Of a stretch of DNA of 64,000 nucleotides, positions 22,601 through 34,600 are shown piece by piece. The notes below the pieces were generated by a model, which saw nothing but the letters and a program-made list of their open reading frames with translations, did no database searches and was not told the origin of the DNA. The DNA comes from Oculina patagonica (Eukaryota): the NCBI RefSeq assembly GCF_052425735.1, contig NC_135763.1, forward strand, positions 36,766,001 to 36,830,000, given 5' to 3'. A program made the position numbers and the translations under genes. Positions within the stretch are counted from its first letter, which is position 1. Each line of letters begins with the position of its first letter.

Positions 22601-25600
22601 GTAAACGTAATATCACTTCCTTTTTTTAGGTAGCAATCCAACGTACATTTGCAAATTTGATCTTGATTCCGTGTACACGACATCGGATGGCAAAAAAATT
22701 TACAAACTGGAGAAAGTACATGGACTAGAATACAATCGATTTCAGCTCAAGGCTTACCTTCAATTTGTCAATGGAACTGCTGCAGTTCTTTATCCATACG
22801 AGTTTGTCCTCACGAGCGCTAAGATTCCAGGAAAACGTAAGTGAACGTTTTTTGATAGTCGTAATCGAGTGGCCATTGATATTAAGTAATTTTCAGACTT
22901 CCCTAACAATGTTTTAGAATTCAAACCTACGCACCCAGGTGAGTGACACGATACCGGATAGAAATTAGGATAAACTAGTATAACAGAAGATAAACTAAAT
23001 TAAACATAAAGCTTCTTCTCACAAAACTCTAAGCTGCCCCTGAAACTTCTTGCACCTCCTCTCGTACCTCCATTCTTCATGGCTTCCATATCACATCCTG
23101 AGTTAGTTCATTTAATTTGGTGAATTCGAAGTAGTAAAAATAAAATGTAGTGTTACGTAGGTCTGGAGAAGGCAATGTCTTTTATAGTTCTGGAATTGCA
23201 CTTGATAGCTCTTGTGCATCTTACATCTGGGCGCTCATTCTTGGCCAGTAGCTTTAAGGTCTTTTCGTGTCCCCTGTTTGGAATCTCCCGAGGTATGTCT
23301 CTTGGATTATCCTTAGACGGCCGGGTTTACACTTAGACGGAGATCTACTATTCTCGTGCCTGGGTTTTTTATGCTATCAAGCACTGCAAAAGCGAATGAC
23401 CTTCACATGAAAAAATATCCATGCTTCTACTGAGACTTTCTGACCCTTACATTTTCTTTATTCAGGTTCTTTGCCATTGACGGTGAATCGTTCATCTTCC
23501 GATGTTGTAACCAGTGAAGGCGGATCAGTGAGTGTGTATGGCGTCAACCTCACATGCCCTCCTGGTGCTTTAGATGATTCCGTGACCATCAAACTGACAT
23601 TAGAAGAACCTTACAAATACTGTGGTCCTTTAGTCCAACGTGGACTCGAAAACGATGTCATATTTGGTGCATCCGTAGTCAACTGCCAACCAAATGGCCA
23701 GAAATTCAAAGAAAATGTCGAGTTGACAATTGCATTAGATAGCAAGAAATCAAAATCCGCTGAAACCGCAATCGTTTTACATGGCACACGAACCAGTGAA
23801 GGAAAATATTCTTGGGAGGATATCACTCATAATTCCAAGTTCGATTCGAAAAAAGGAGAAATAAAAGCGGAAATTAATCACTTTTCACTAATTGCTGTGC
23901 TGTTGAGATTAACCTGGGTTCAAACAAAAGAAATTGTAACGCGGTTAAACTTGATGTCCTTCAAATACATGTTGTCGGTGCTTTTCAAAAGCAATCAACA
24001 ACATTTACCTTACGACGAGCTCGCTCTCGTGTTCATGAGCCAAGACATCTACCAGGAGCAGTTTTACAGAGAACACGATGATTGCGCTTTGATGCAGCTC
24101 AAAAAGAATGGATTTGAAGAACTTGACTCCAACGTTGGAGAGGAAATCAATTATGTCTACAACAAGGAAACCCTAACAGTCTCAATTCAACTTGGAGAGG
24201 ACTACAAACCGGCCAACAACCAGCAAGAATGCATCACATTTGCCGTGGACTCTTCCGTTTGGTGGAGTACCGGACATGTTATCAAGCTGCCATTGCAAGG
24301 CTCTACTGGCGAGGTCAAAATCATGTGTGGAAAGATCGTTGTTAAAGGCCAACATGGACATGTACTAGAGGATCATTTCTGCCAACGGGGTAAGCTTTAT
24401 ACTAATTGGAATCTGCCAAAAACCTCGCTTATTCAGGAAGTTGTAAAAAACATTTTCAAGACACGATCGAAAAAAAATGTATTTATTTTTAAGGGAAAGT
24501 TCATTTAGTATAACAAGGGGAAGGGGGGTAGCCTGAATTTCAGACATCCCTCTGTGCTCGCCTGCTTGCCAGAAGGGACGTCTGAACACATTTGAGCCTA
24601 ATGCCGTCCGGTGACGTCACTACCCGAAAACCGGGTTGTGATTTTGATTGGTTGATTTAAAAATTATTTGCATAATTATGTGAAATTATGACTGAATTTT
24701 ACCGCGCGAGTTGTAATTTGAAAACGTTTGGAAAGAGTTCGAAGGAGTTCACCTTCCCAGAAATGAATTTATTAGTCATTTACCTTGAGTTAGTGATTTC
24801 TGAACTCAGTGCCCACAGTCAAGTAGGATATTTTTGTATTGAATTCCGTTTCTTGATGCCTCAGTAACCGTCTAAATTGATTCATTTAAGTACTCACGAG
24901 TGTGTTGTATTTGTTCGCTGCGTAACATATTATATTTTGATCGCTAGATACAAGCTTAAAGCAAATCAGTTCAGATTAAATCGGTTCCGTAAAAGAATAT
25001 AGCCTGCAGTCGATTAAAATCTCATTCATTTGTCTCAAGTTTTCAATAGTTTACTATTAAAACAATTTTATACCCTGTAATCCTTTATTGAAGCGATTTT
25101 TCTTTCACAATTTCATGGCCTCGACAGAAACTTTTCCGCATGAATTAAAACCAAAGTGTAGTGACGTCACCGGACGGCATTAGGCTCAAATGTGTTCAGA
25201 CGTCCCTTCTGGCAAGCAGGCGAGCACAGAGGGATGTCTGAAATTCAGGCTAGAGGGGGGGGGTGAAGATATTGAAACTCGAAGCTTGAAATTTTAGCAT
25301 ACCCCCTCGCTAGCGCTTCAATTTTTTAGGAGTCCCTTTGGTAGTCGAAAAAATATCAGAGCCACCCCCTCTCCTGAGATCCTTTGCTCCCCTGATAAAA
25401 GATCGCTAGACTGTACAAATACGTTTACCGTTATTGTCTTCAATGGTTTATACTATGACAGACTTGAGATCCAGTTGTGATGAGGTCCCTGTTAAGTTCT
25501 TGAGTATTTATTGGTTTATTGTCGCAGAGTGCCTACCTCTACTCCGTTGCTTTACAGTTCTCAGTGACCCCATCAAGGGGTCACTGAGAACTGAGAACTA

Positions 25601-28600
25601 CCAATACTTGATTGATAGATTTATTAAAGCTGCAAAGTAGTTAGTTTATACAATCGATCTGACATCTAGTGAGAAACAAACAGTAAAATTTCCTGTTACA
25701 GAGTAATCGATTTTTAAAGTTCCCGTTAGCAGATTTTGAAATCTTGTTGAAACAATGTGTTTTTTTGTAATGAATTTGCCAACCCTACTTACAACACTGA
25801 GGCTAAATACAGTTCATTACACACACTACTTATAATACAAATGTTATACAACACAGCTACTTGCACTACAATACAGTTACCTTACTTACATTACAATACT
25901 AAAGTCGCTACTTACATCATTTACAACACGACTACAATTACATCTACAATCACTTCCACTTCTATACGATTTCGTTTTGTGCTGCTGATAATAACACAAT
26001 TAACGCAGGAGTAAATAACTTACAATAACCATTACTTACAAATTATATGGCTTAATTTATATACTTTGTTTTAAAGAATAATTATTTGGCTACAAAGGAG
26101 TTACCTATTAAGAAATCTATAAACTCTCAGTATATTTTTCCCATTTAAGATTAACATTTTGGCTGTCTTCCTGATTTTTTGATTTCATTGCATATAATTA
26201 TTATGACTATATTATGATAAAAAATTAAATGAGTCCAAAACCAACATGAGAGCTACATGGAGGTTGCTAAACGAGCTCATATACAAAAGGAAACCAAAAC
26301 TAAAATCCAACCAATCATTTAAAGCAGATGATCTGGAAATAACTGATCCAGCAGCAATTGCAAACAAATTTTGTCAATATTTTTCCAACATCGGGACAAA
26401 CCTGGCCAAGGGAATACAATCCAGCATATCCCACAAACATTTTTTATCTGGAACTTTCAATCAATCGATTTTTTTAAACTTGACAACGGAAGAAGAAATT
26501 ATTGCTATTGCAAACCAATTTCAATCAGGTAGAGCTGCTGGCTGTGACAACATTCCTATGTCTATTATAAAGCAGTCTATAAACATTATTTGTTCTCCAC
26601 TCTTGCGCACATTGTTAACTTGTCTATTATGCATGGCATTGTTCCAGACCAAATGAAAATCGCTCGTGTGGTACCCATTTTCAAAACTGGTGACAAAGCT
26701 ATTTTTTGAGTCTAATGCTTGCGTGCGCTTTGCGCATGCGCATTAGACTCTTTGTTATATGAAAAAAGCTGTTAGCAATCCCAAGGGAATGGTTCGGGAT
26801 CGATAATCGTTCGCTGTAATGTAGAAAACAATGATCAGCTGCAAGAACGGACTCCGTACGGACACGCACGATTAGTTTCAATTAAAAACAGCCAATCAGC
26901 GACACGTGTTCCCACGCATAATTAAAAGTTCTTTCTCAAGTCACGATTATTCAACACTTGAACAGGACGTAATAATTTTCCAGTTAAGACATTTAGGGAC
27001 TGGGTCGAGGCATGCGGAGGCTGTAGACGTGTTTCAAACTGCTCCGCGTAACTTCGTCAATTAATGATGTTTTTAGGCCTTAAACTCTTATGAATCCCAA
27101 GCGAACTAGAGAAAGCAGTAATTCGAGCGCGTCTGGTGCATCGCCCGTGGAAAAACGAGCAAGAGAGTTTAACTCGGGTACCTCGCCCGAGCGATCTACT
27201 GAGGTCTTCGAAATGTCGGCGGACGCCTTGGAGACGAAATTAGATCTTATCTTAAAAAGATTAGAGATCATGGACAATAAACTTGAGGAGATAAACACTA
27301 AGGTGTCCAACCTGGAGACCAAATTCAACTCATTAGAAGGCAGAGTGGAAAAATTAGAAAATGCTCATTCGACCACGAGGACGGCCGTACAAGAGTTACA
27401 AGATGGCCTCCAGGAATTCAATACGCAAGTCAACGAAGCGACAGCGGCCCGAGAAAAGGCGAGCGAGTTCTGTGAGAACAGGTACAAAGAATTGGAAAAC
27501 AAACTGTTGTATGCTGAAGTGTATCAAAGGCGAGAAAATTTGCGTTTCTACGGCATTAGCGAGGAAGAAGAAGGCGGAGACTGTCGCATGGTGCTTAATT
27601 CTTTCCTGGAACAGCAATGTGGTGTCCAAACAATGGGTATCGAATTTCAAAGGGTCCACAGGATCGGAAAGCCTCATGATGATGGAAGCCCTAGAGCAAT
27701 AATCGCTCGGTTTCTTAGATATAGCGACAGAGAAGCAGTTTTCTCAAAAGGAAAGTCGTTGAAAGATTCCGGGTATAGGATCGCTGCAGACCTGCCAAAA
27801 GAAATAGTTAACCGAAGGAAGCTCCAGTCGAAGAAGCTGGTCGATGCACGAAAAGCGGGTAAGATCGCGTATTTCAGCCGCGCTGAACCTGATAAATTGT
27901 ATATCGATGGACACTTAAACCCACTTTAATTATTGACGTTTACTTTTTTGTTTGGATTGTTTGATGCCTATATTTAGGCACAGCTTGAACTTATATTGAA
28001 CGCGAATTTGTAACTAGATAAGCTTGCCTCAGTCGTAAATGGCCTTGCTTTCTCCTTATTATGATTTAATAGACGAAGTTATGGGGAACAAAATAACCGT
28101 TGTAATCATCATTTCCCCTCTCCGCTTAGTTTTCGTATTTAGTTTGTGTTTATTTTTATGTTGTTTTTTGTTTCAATCAATTTCCTCGAGTCGTTCTACG
28201 GTGGCACAACAGTGTTTCTGGTCACCTTTTATGTTCTGTCGTTTTCGTTATTCGTTAGTGTCTTGTAGGGTGTTAATTGCAAATGCAATAAGGGAGAGTG
28301 TTAATTTTTTTTTTCCGCAAACAAACGCCTGCTTTACGCAATATTTTTCTTCACAACTTTTGTATGGAAATGAATTCAGGTAACGCTTTTTGTTATTCCA
28401 TTGACAGCTGCATTGGTGGCCTTTTACAAATTCTAAAAGTTGTGGTAAAATCATGACAGCAAGCAACTTTGCATTTAAACTATTATCCTTAAATGCTCGT
28501 GGGATTCGTTCTTTTGAAAAACGGAAAGCAGTATTTGGATGGGTAATGAGACAACAAGTCGACATTTGCTTTATTCAGGAAACCTATAGTACTAAGGAAG

Positions 28601-31600
28601 TTGAAAATGTTTGGAAAAAGCAGTGGAAGGGTGAGATGTATTTCTCGCATGGTTCTGTACATAGCAGAGGCGTGCTTGTTCTAATTAAAAATAATTTGGA
28701 ATTCCAAATCAAGTCCATGCGGCAGGACAAAGAGGGTCGTTTTATTTTTCTCGAGGCGCTGGTGCAAGATCAAAAGTTTTTATTAGTAAACATCTATGCT
28801 CCAAACAAAACGAGTGAGCAAACTCACTTTTTCGACAAAATCAAGGAGGAATTGGATAACATTGATATAGATGACGACTGTAGAATAATCATTGGGGGAG
28901 ATTTTAATGTTATTTTAGACCCCAACCTTGATGGTTGTGGGGGCAAACCAAAATTAAAGGAATCAGCTAAGCAGATTGAGAATATTTGCTTACTGTACGA
29001 TCTAGTAGACATTTGGCGACTTAGGAACCCAGGAATAAGACGTTTTACTTGGACACAGAAAACTCCTGTGATCCAAAGGAGGCTTGATTTTTGGTTAACC
29101 GATAATGCCTTGCAGGAGGAGATCGATCAGGTGAGCATTATTCCTTCCATAAAGTCTGATCACTCAGCCATTCTGTTGTCAGTTAATGGAATAGAAGAAA
29201 AATCACACGGTCCTTCCTTCTGGAAGTTCAATGCAAGTTTATTAGATGACAATGACTATGTAGCTCTAATAAACGATAGATACCAGGTTTGGGTTGACGA
29301 ATTTAGGGATATACAAGATCCCAGATTGCTTTGGGATCTCATTAAATTTAAAATTAGACAGGAGACAATTTCATACAGTAAACGCAAAGCGAGGGAAAGG
29401 AAGGCGAAATTGACATCTCTAGAGGAAAAATTGACAATCCTTCAAGAGCTTTGTGACCAGGATCCATCTACGGATAATCTGAATAGGCTAGAGATTTTGA
29501 AAACCGAGTATGACCTTCAATATGAATACATTGCACAAGGCGCTATAATCCGTTCAAGGGCAAGATGGTACGAGCAAGGAGAGAAAAGCAACAAGTATTT
29601 TTTGAACTTGGAGAGCTCTAGGGGTAAAAAGAGCACAATCCGAAAGATTCTTAAGGAGGATCAATCTCTGACAACGAATCCCAAAGAAATAATGGCCGAA
29701 CTTAGAAGTTTCTACTCAAATCTTTACCAAGTGAACTCTACTGGAGAAAGTGAAGCCTCATTAGACGCATTTCTTAACAGCGTATCCTTACCCACACTGT
29801 CTGAAATACAGAAAGAGAAGTGTGAGGTAGAATTGACTATCGGTGAATGTTTCAACATCTTGAATGGTTTTCAAAAGAACAAAACACCTGGTAACGACGG
29901 CCTTACAACGGAATTTTACTTAGCCTTTTGGCCTATTCTTGGAAAACATTTGGTAGCTTGTCTCAATTATGCACATAATCACGGAGAGTTATCTAACTCT
30001 CAGAAACAAGCGGTGATCACTTTATTAGAAAAGAAAGGAAAAGATAAAAGGCTGATCAAAAATTGGAGACCGATTTCCTTAATTAATGTGGACACCAAAA
30101 TAGCCTCCAAAGCGCTAGCTAAACGATTAGAGAATATACTTCCTGACTTGATTCATTACAACCAAAACGCTTATGTGAAAGGAAGATCAATATTTGACGC
30201 CGTCAGGACCATTGATGATGTATTAGAATATACAAAATGTAGTGATCAGTCGGGTATCCTTGTAACAATTGATTTTGAGAAAGCGTTCGATTCTTTGGAC
30301 CATAGATTCTTATTGAAGGTCCTTCGCACATTCAATTTCGGACCATCTTTTATTCAGTGGATTCGCACCTTTTACTCAAACGTGTCTAGTTGCGTAATAA
30401 ATAATGGATTTGCGACAAGTTACTTTAATGTTGACCGTGGTGTGAGACAAGGGGATCCGTTATCCCCTCTCTTGTTCATTCTTAGTTTAGAAGTTCTAGC
30501 TTGCAGTATTCGACAAAATGACAAGATTCAAGGGATCAAAATTGAGGATGAAGTTGTGAAAATCTCTCTTTTCGCGGATGACATGACATGTTTTTTGAGG
30601 AATAAGTCTTCGTATGAGAACCTGATTGTTAATTTAGATCTGTTTTCGAGATTCTCAGGTTTAAAATTAAATGAGGAAAAAACAGAATTTTTTTGCTTAG
30701 GGGTCCAAAATTTGTCTAAATCACCTTCCTATGAATTTAAACGCTCAATTAAGATTTTAGGCGTACACTTTGATTATGATCAACTTTCTAGGAAAAAGGA
30801 TAATTTCGAGGCAATTATAAAGTCTATTAAAAAAACATTAGGCATGTGGAAATGGAGGGGACTCACACTTATAGGAAAGATACAAATCGTTAAATCTTTT
30901 GCTATTCCGAAATTTATGTCGAAAGCGTCGCTTATTCATGTGTCTAAAGATCTCATACAGGCAGTCAATAAAGAACTTTACAGCTTTATTTGGAAAGGAA
31001 AGGATAAGGTTAAACGGTTAGCTTTGATTAATTGCATTGAAAATGGAGGGCTTAAGATGCTGGATATAGAATCTATGGTTCTAGCGCAAAGAATAATGTG
31101 CGTGAAGAAGTATATTGAGGACTATGTTAGTCCCTGGAAGATCTTCTTAAACCACTATTTGAAAAAACTAGGCGGAAAGTTCATTTTGCAGTGTCATTTT
31201 GATTGCCCAAAATTGCCCATTTTTTTACCCGAGTTTTACAAAGATTGTCTTGCTGCGTGGTCAACTCTTTCAAGTAAAGAAGTGGTTTCGTACGGGGATG
31301 TTATGAACCAATACTTGTGGAATAATAAAAACATTCTATGTGAAGGTAAATCTTTATATCATGCCTTTTTCCGCATAAACTGTGGGATAAGCAAAATCGG
31401 AGATTTAGTCTCTAAAGACAATACGTTTCTGGAAAGTGATAAAGTTCTCAGGTCAAAACTATCACCTAGTCAATTTTTCCTTTTAATGGGAGTAGTCAGT
31501 GCCATTCCAAAGGAATGGCGCTCCATTATCAAAGGTGAGAGTATATACCGTGAACCATACTCCTGCCCTGCAAATTCTTTTGAAGTGCCAATAAAGGGGG

Positions 31601-34600
31601 AAATGTTGGATATTTCTAACATTCCCTCCAAAATAGTTTATGAAGAGTTTCTTTCTCGTAAAGTAATTCCTCCTACTGCCCAAAAGAAATTTAAAAATGA
31701 CTATCCAAATCTCTCCGTCGATTGGAAGAAAATCTATTCTCTAGCGTTTAGAGTTAAGAGCTTTTCAGTACAAATTACTAAACCATATTGTGTATACAAA
31801 TGACAGACTTTATAAATTTAAGATTGTAGACTCGCCATTATGTGCTTTCTGTTACTCTGAAGATGAATCCCTCGAGCATTTATTGTTTCTTTGTAAAGCA
31901 AGCGAGGTATTCTGAAAGAGGTATTGTCGTGGTTGGCCATCCATAAGAATGAAGTTTTAAATTTTTCTCTTACCGATGTTTTGTTTGGTAAGTTTGATAT
32001 CGATACAGACTTTATGGTAGTTAACCATATTCTTCTTCTTGGAAAATATTTTATTTATAGGTGTAAGCTTGATAAGATTAAACCCTCTTTACCAGTTTTT
32101 AAGGCTAAATTAAGAGCTACTCTTAAATTAGAATTTTACATTGCCAGGAAAAAAGGTACACTTGCTCAACATTACAGAAAATGGAATATCTTTATTCCTG
32201 TATTAAGTTAGACTATTTCCTTTTTCCACTCTACCTTTTAAAAAAACTCAACCGAAAATATTTTAGGTCACTCTAATTTTTCGAAACCTGCTTTTTGACC
32301 TTTTGTTTAGAAAGCTGGTGTTTGCTTTGCATGTCTCTTTTTTCTTCTGCTCTCCATAGCATAATATACCTTGTTTATTTTTTAACGTGCGCTTGTTTGT
32401 AGTAAGTAATGTTAAGCTTGTAATAATTTATTGTTGTAGTGTAAGTAAGTATTGTATTAGTGTAAGTAAGTAGCGTTAGGACTGTAAGTAATGTTTAAAT
32501 TGTAAGTAGTGTTTCTTTTTTTCTTTGTATTTTTGTACTGTATGTTTGTATGGCAAGAAATTAAAATATTTAAAAAAAAAAAATAAAAAAAAAAAAAAGT
32601 TAAGACATTTGTAAGCTTTTTGTGAAAATAAATCTTCGTTTTCAGTTCAGTTAAGCACTTGTGTTTTCGTCTTGCTTAAAAAGCAAGACGTCTTTGAGAA
32701 AAAAATATTTCGACGGCGACTCGCGTTTATTTACACAATGCGACCAAATATTTATTTTGTTTTAAAAAATAGAAAACTTTACCTCGTATTTTGTATTTAA
32801 GTCATTCGAATTTTGACCAATTTTTTCTTTACAGTGCAAACAAAAACCTTCAAAAATAAAAGATGTACATGGATAAATGTAAATCAAGTTACGCGACTAA
32901 ATCAAAATGCGTTTGTTTGGCCGCTTTGCAGTATTACACTGTCCCGGCCTTTGCCATACACTGAAATCGAATTTCATGCTTTTACGACTCTCAGAGATCT
33001 TAAGTTCTTCTTACAGCTAGAAAAATCATAAAATGATGGTTACATTGATATGGAAGTGATGATTCGCGAAATTTGTACATCATGATAAACAGTCTTCGCT
33101 CCTGTGTATGGTAGCTCGATAATAATTGCCTAGTTTCCAGCGTTCAAAAGGTCATCATTATATTGACGTGAGCATTTACACCCGTTTTTAGGAAAATCTG
33201 TCACTAAGTGCTTACAGTACAATGGAGTAACAGTCACTATTTCAAGTGCTTTTGTTGCAAAATCTGTTTCAAGAGTCATCATCAAAATGGTGAAAAATCT
33301 GAAAGAAAACGATGTGAAGTTCTTCAACCCTTGTTGTAATGAACATGCTTTTTGTAAATCGTCACGCAATCTTGTCCAAATGTTTAATCGTTTCTGCTTT
33401 TACGGACAATACGGAAGAAGTAACATTAACTCCTGTTCATACTTTAAATTTTGTGAAGCATATAACATTTATGACTGTTTCGTTTTCATCCATAATCATC
33501 CACGATGCCCCTAGCTTGCTATAAGCATTTTAAATTAAACTCCCGAACACAAACCTCTAACCAATTTTAACCGGCTTACGAAAACCGCGCAATCTGTATC
33601 ACTATGCCATACGGCATTAGACTCATGTCACCCTTGGTGACATATTTTTTATAACTATAGACCTGTTTCCATCCTCCCTTGTTTCTCAAAATTCCTAGAG
33701 CGCATTTTGTATAATCGCATTTTAAGTTATCTAAGTGATTTTAACATTCTTTGTAATAACCAATATGGGTTTAGAAAAAATCATTCTACCACTCATGCAC
33801 TTATCGACTTATATGTCAAAATTTCGTCCGCTTTGGATCGTAAAGAGCATGCTGTTGGTGTTTTTTTAGATCTTTCTAAGGCCTTCGACACTGTGAATCA
33901 CGAAATTCTCTTTGACAAACTTTATCACTACGGTATTCGCGGACTGGCGCTAGAATGAGTGAAAAGTTACTTCAATGAAAGATCTCAATTTGTCGAATAT
34001 AATGGATTGAGATCAACCCCCCATAAGATCCGCTGTGGGGTTCCGCAAGGGTCAATTTTAGGCCCGCTATTTTTTATCCTATACATAAATGATTTGAACA
34101 ATGCTTCAAACCTTGAGTCAATCCTATTCGCAGATGATACAAATTTATTCATCTCACACAAAGACCCAGATTTCTTAATTAGTACACTAAACGGTGAATT
34201 AATTAAACTGTCAAAATGGTTCAGAGCAAACAGACTCTCTTTGAACTTAACTAAAACAAATTTAATGGAATTTAAACCACGACAAAAACAATCTTCTTCG
34301 GACTTTATGTTGTTATTAATGAAACAACTATTGCACAGGTCAATGAAACAGTCTTTCTTGGGGTAGTTTTAGATGACAACTTAACTTGGAAGTCTCATAT
34401 ATCTAGCTTAGCGATTAAAATCTCTAAGGGCCTGTTTACATGGAGGTGGGGGACCCCGGGTAGGTGAGGTAACCCGCCCAGCCGTAGTCGAAAATTAGCT
34501 CGCGTTTACATGCAATCTTATCACCCCGGGGTCCCGGGGTGACCTTTTCACATAAACAAATACATTTCATTGAAGTCGCATATCGCATTTCGTTTTGTTC

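Larger units (their letters stand above)
26995..32597 (+). mobile_element. Full-length L1/Tx1-clade LINE with 13-bp TSD agttaagacattt
   Basis: TSD at 26982-26994 and 32598-32610, 5'UTR, ORF1, spacer, ORF2, poly(A) tail. Confidence 0.95.
26708..33650 (+). mobile_element. Non-autonomous Helentron/HINE (DINE-1-like) rolling-circle element
   Basis: 5' gagtctaatgc (26708-26718) with local inverse (26740-26750). 3' gcattagactc (33614-33624) then hairpin atgtcacc-ctt-ggtgacat and T-run. Inserted in a T-run; removal restores the host RT frame. Confidence 0.75.

Noticed and set aside
23040-23340. Coding-looking minus-strand sequence in an intron
   Set aside because: Stops in the frames checked; probably an old retroelement remnant that I cannot assign.
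28039-28383. Hydrophobic 114-aa ORF between L1 ORF1 and ORF2
   Set aside because: T-rich spacer readily gives F/L/V-rich ORFs; no recognisable motif.
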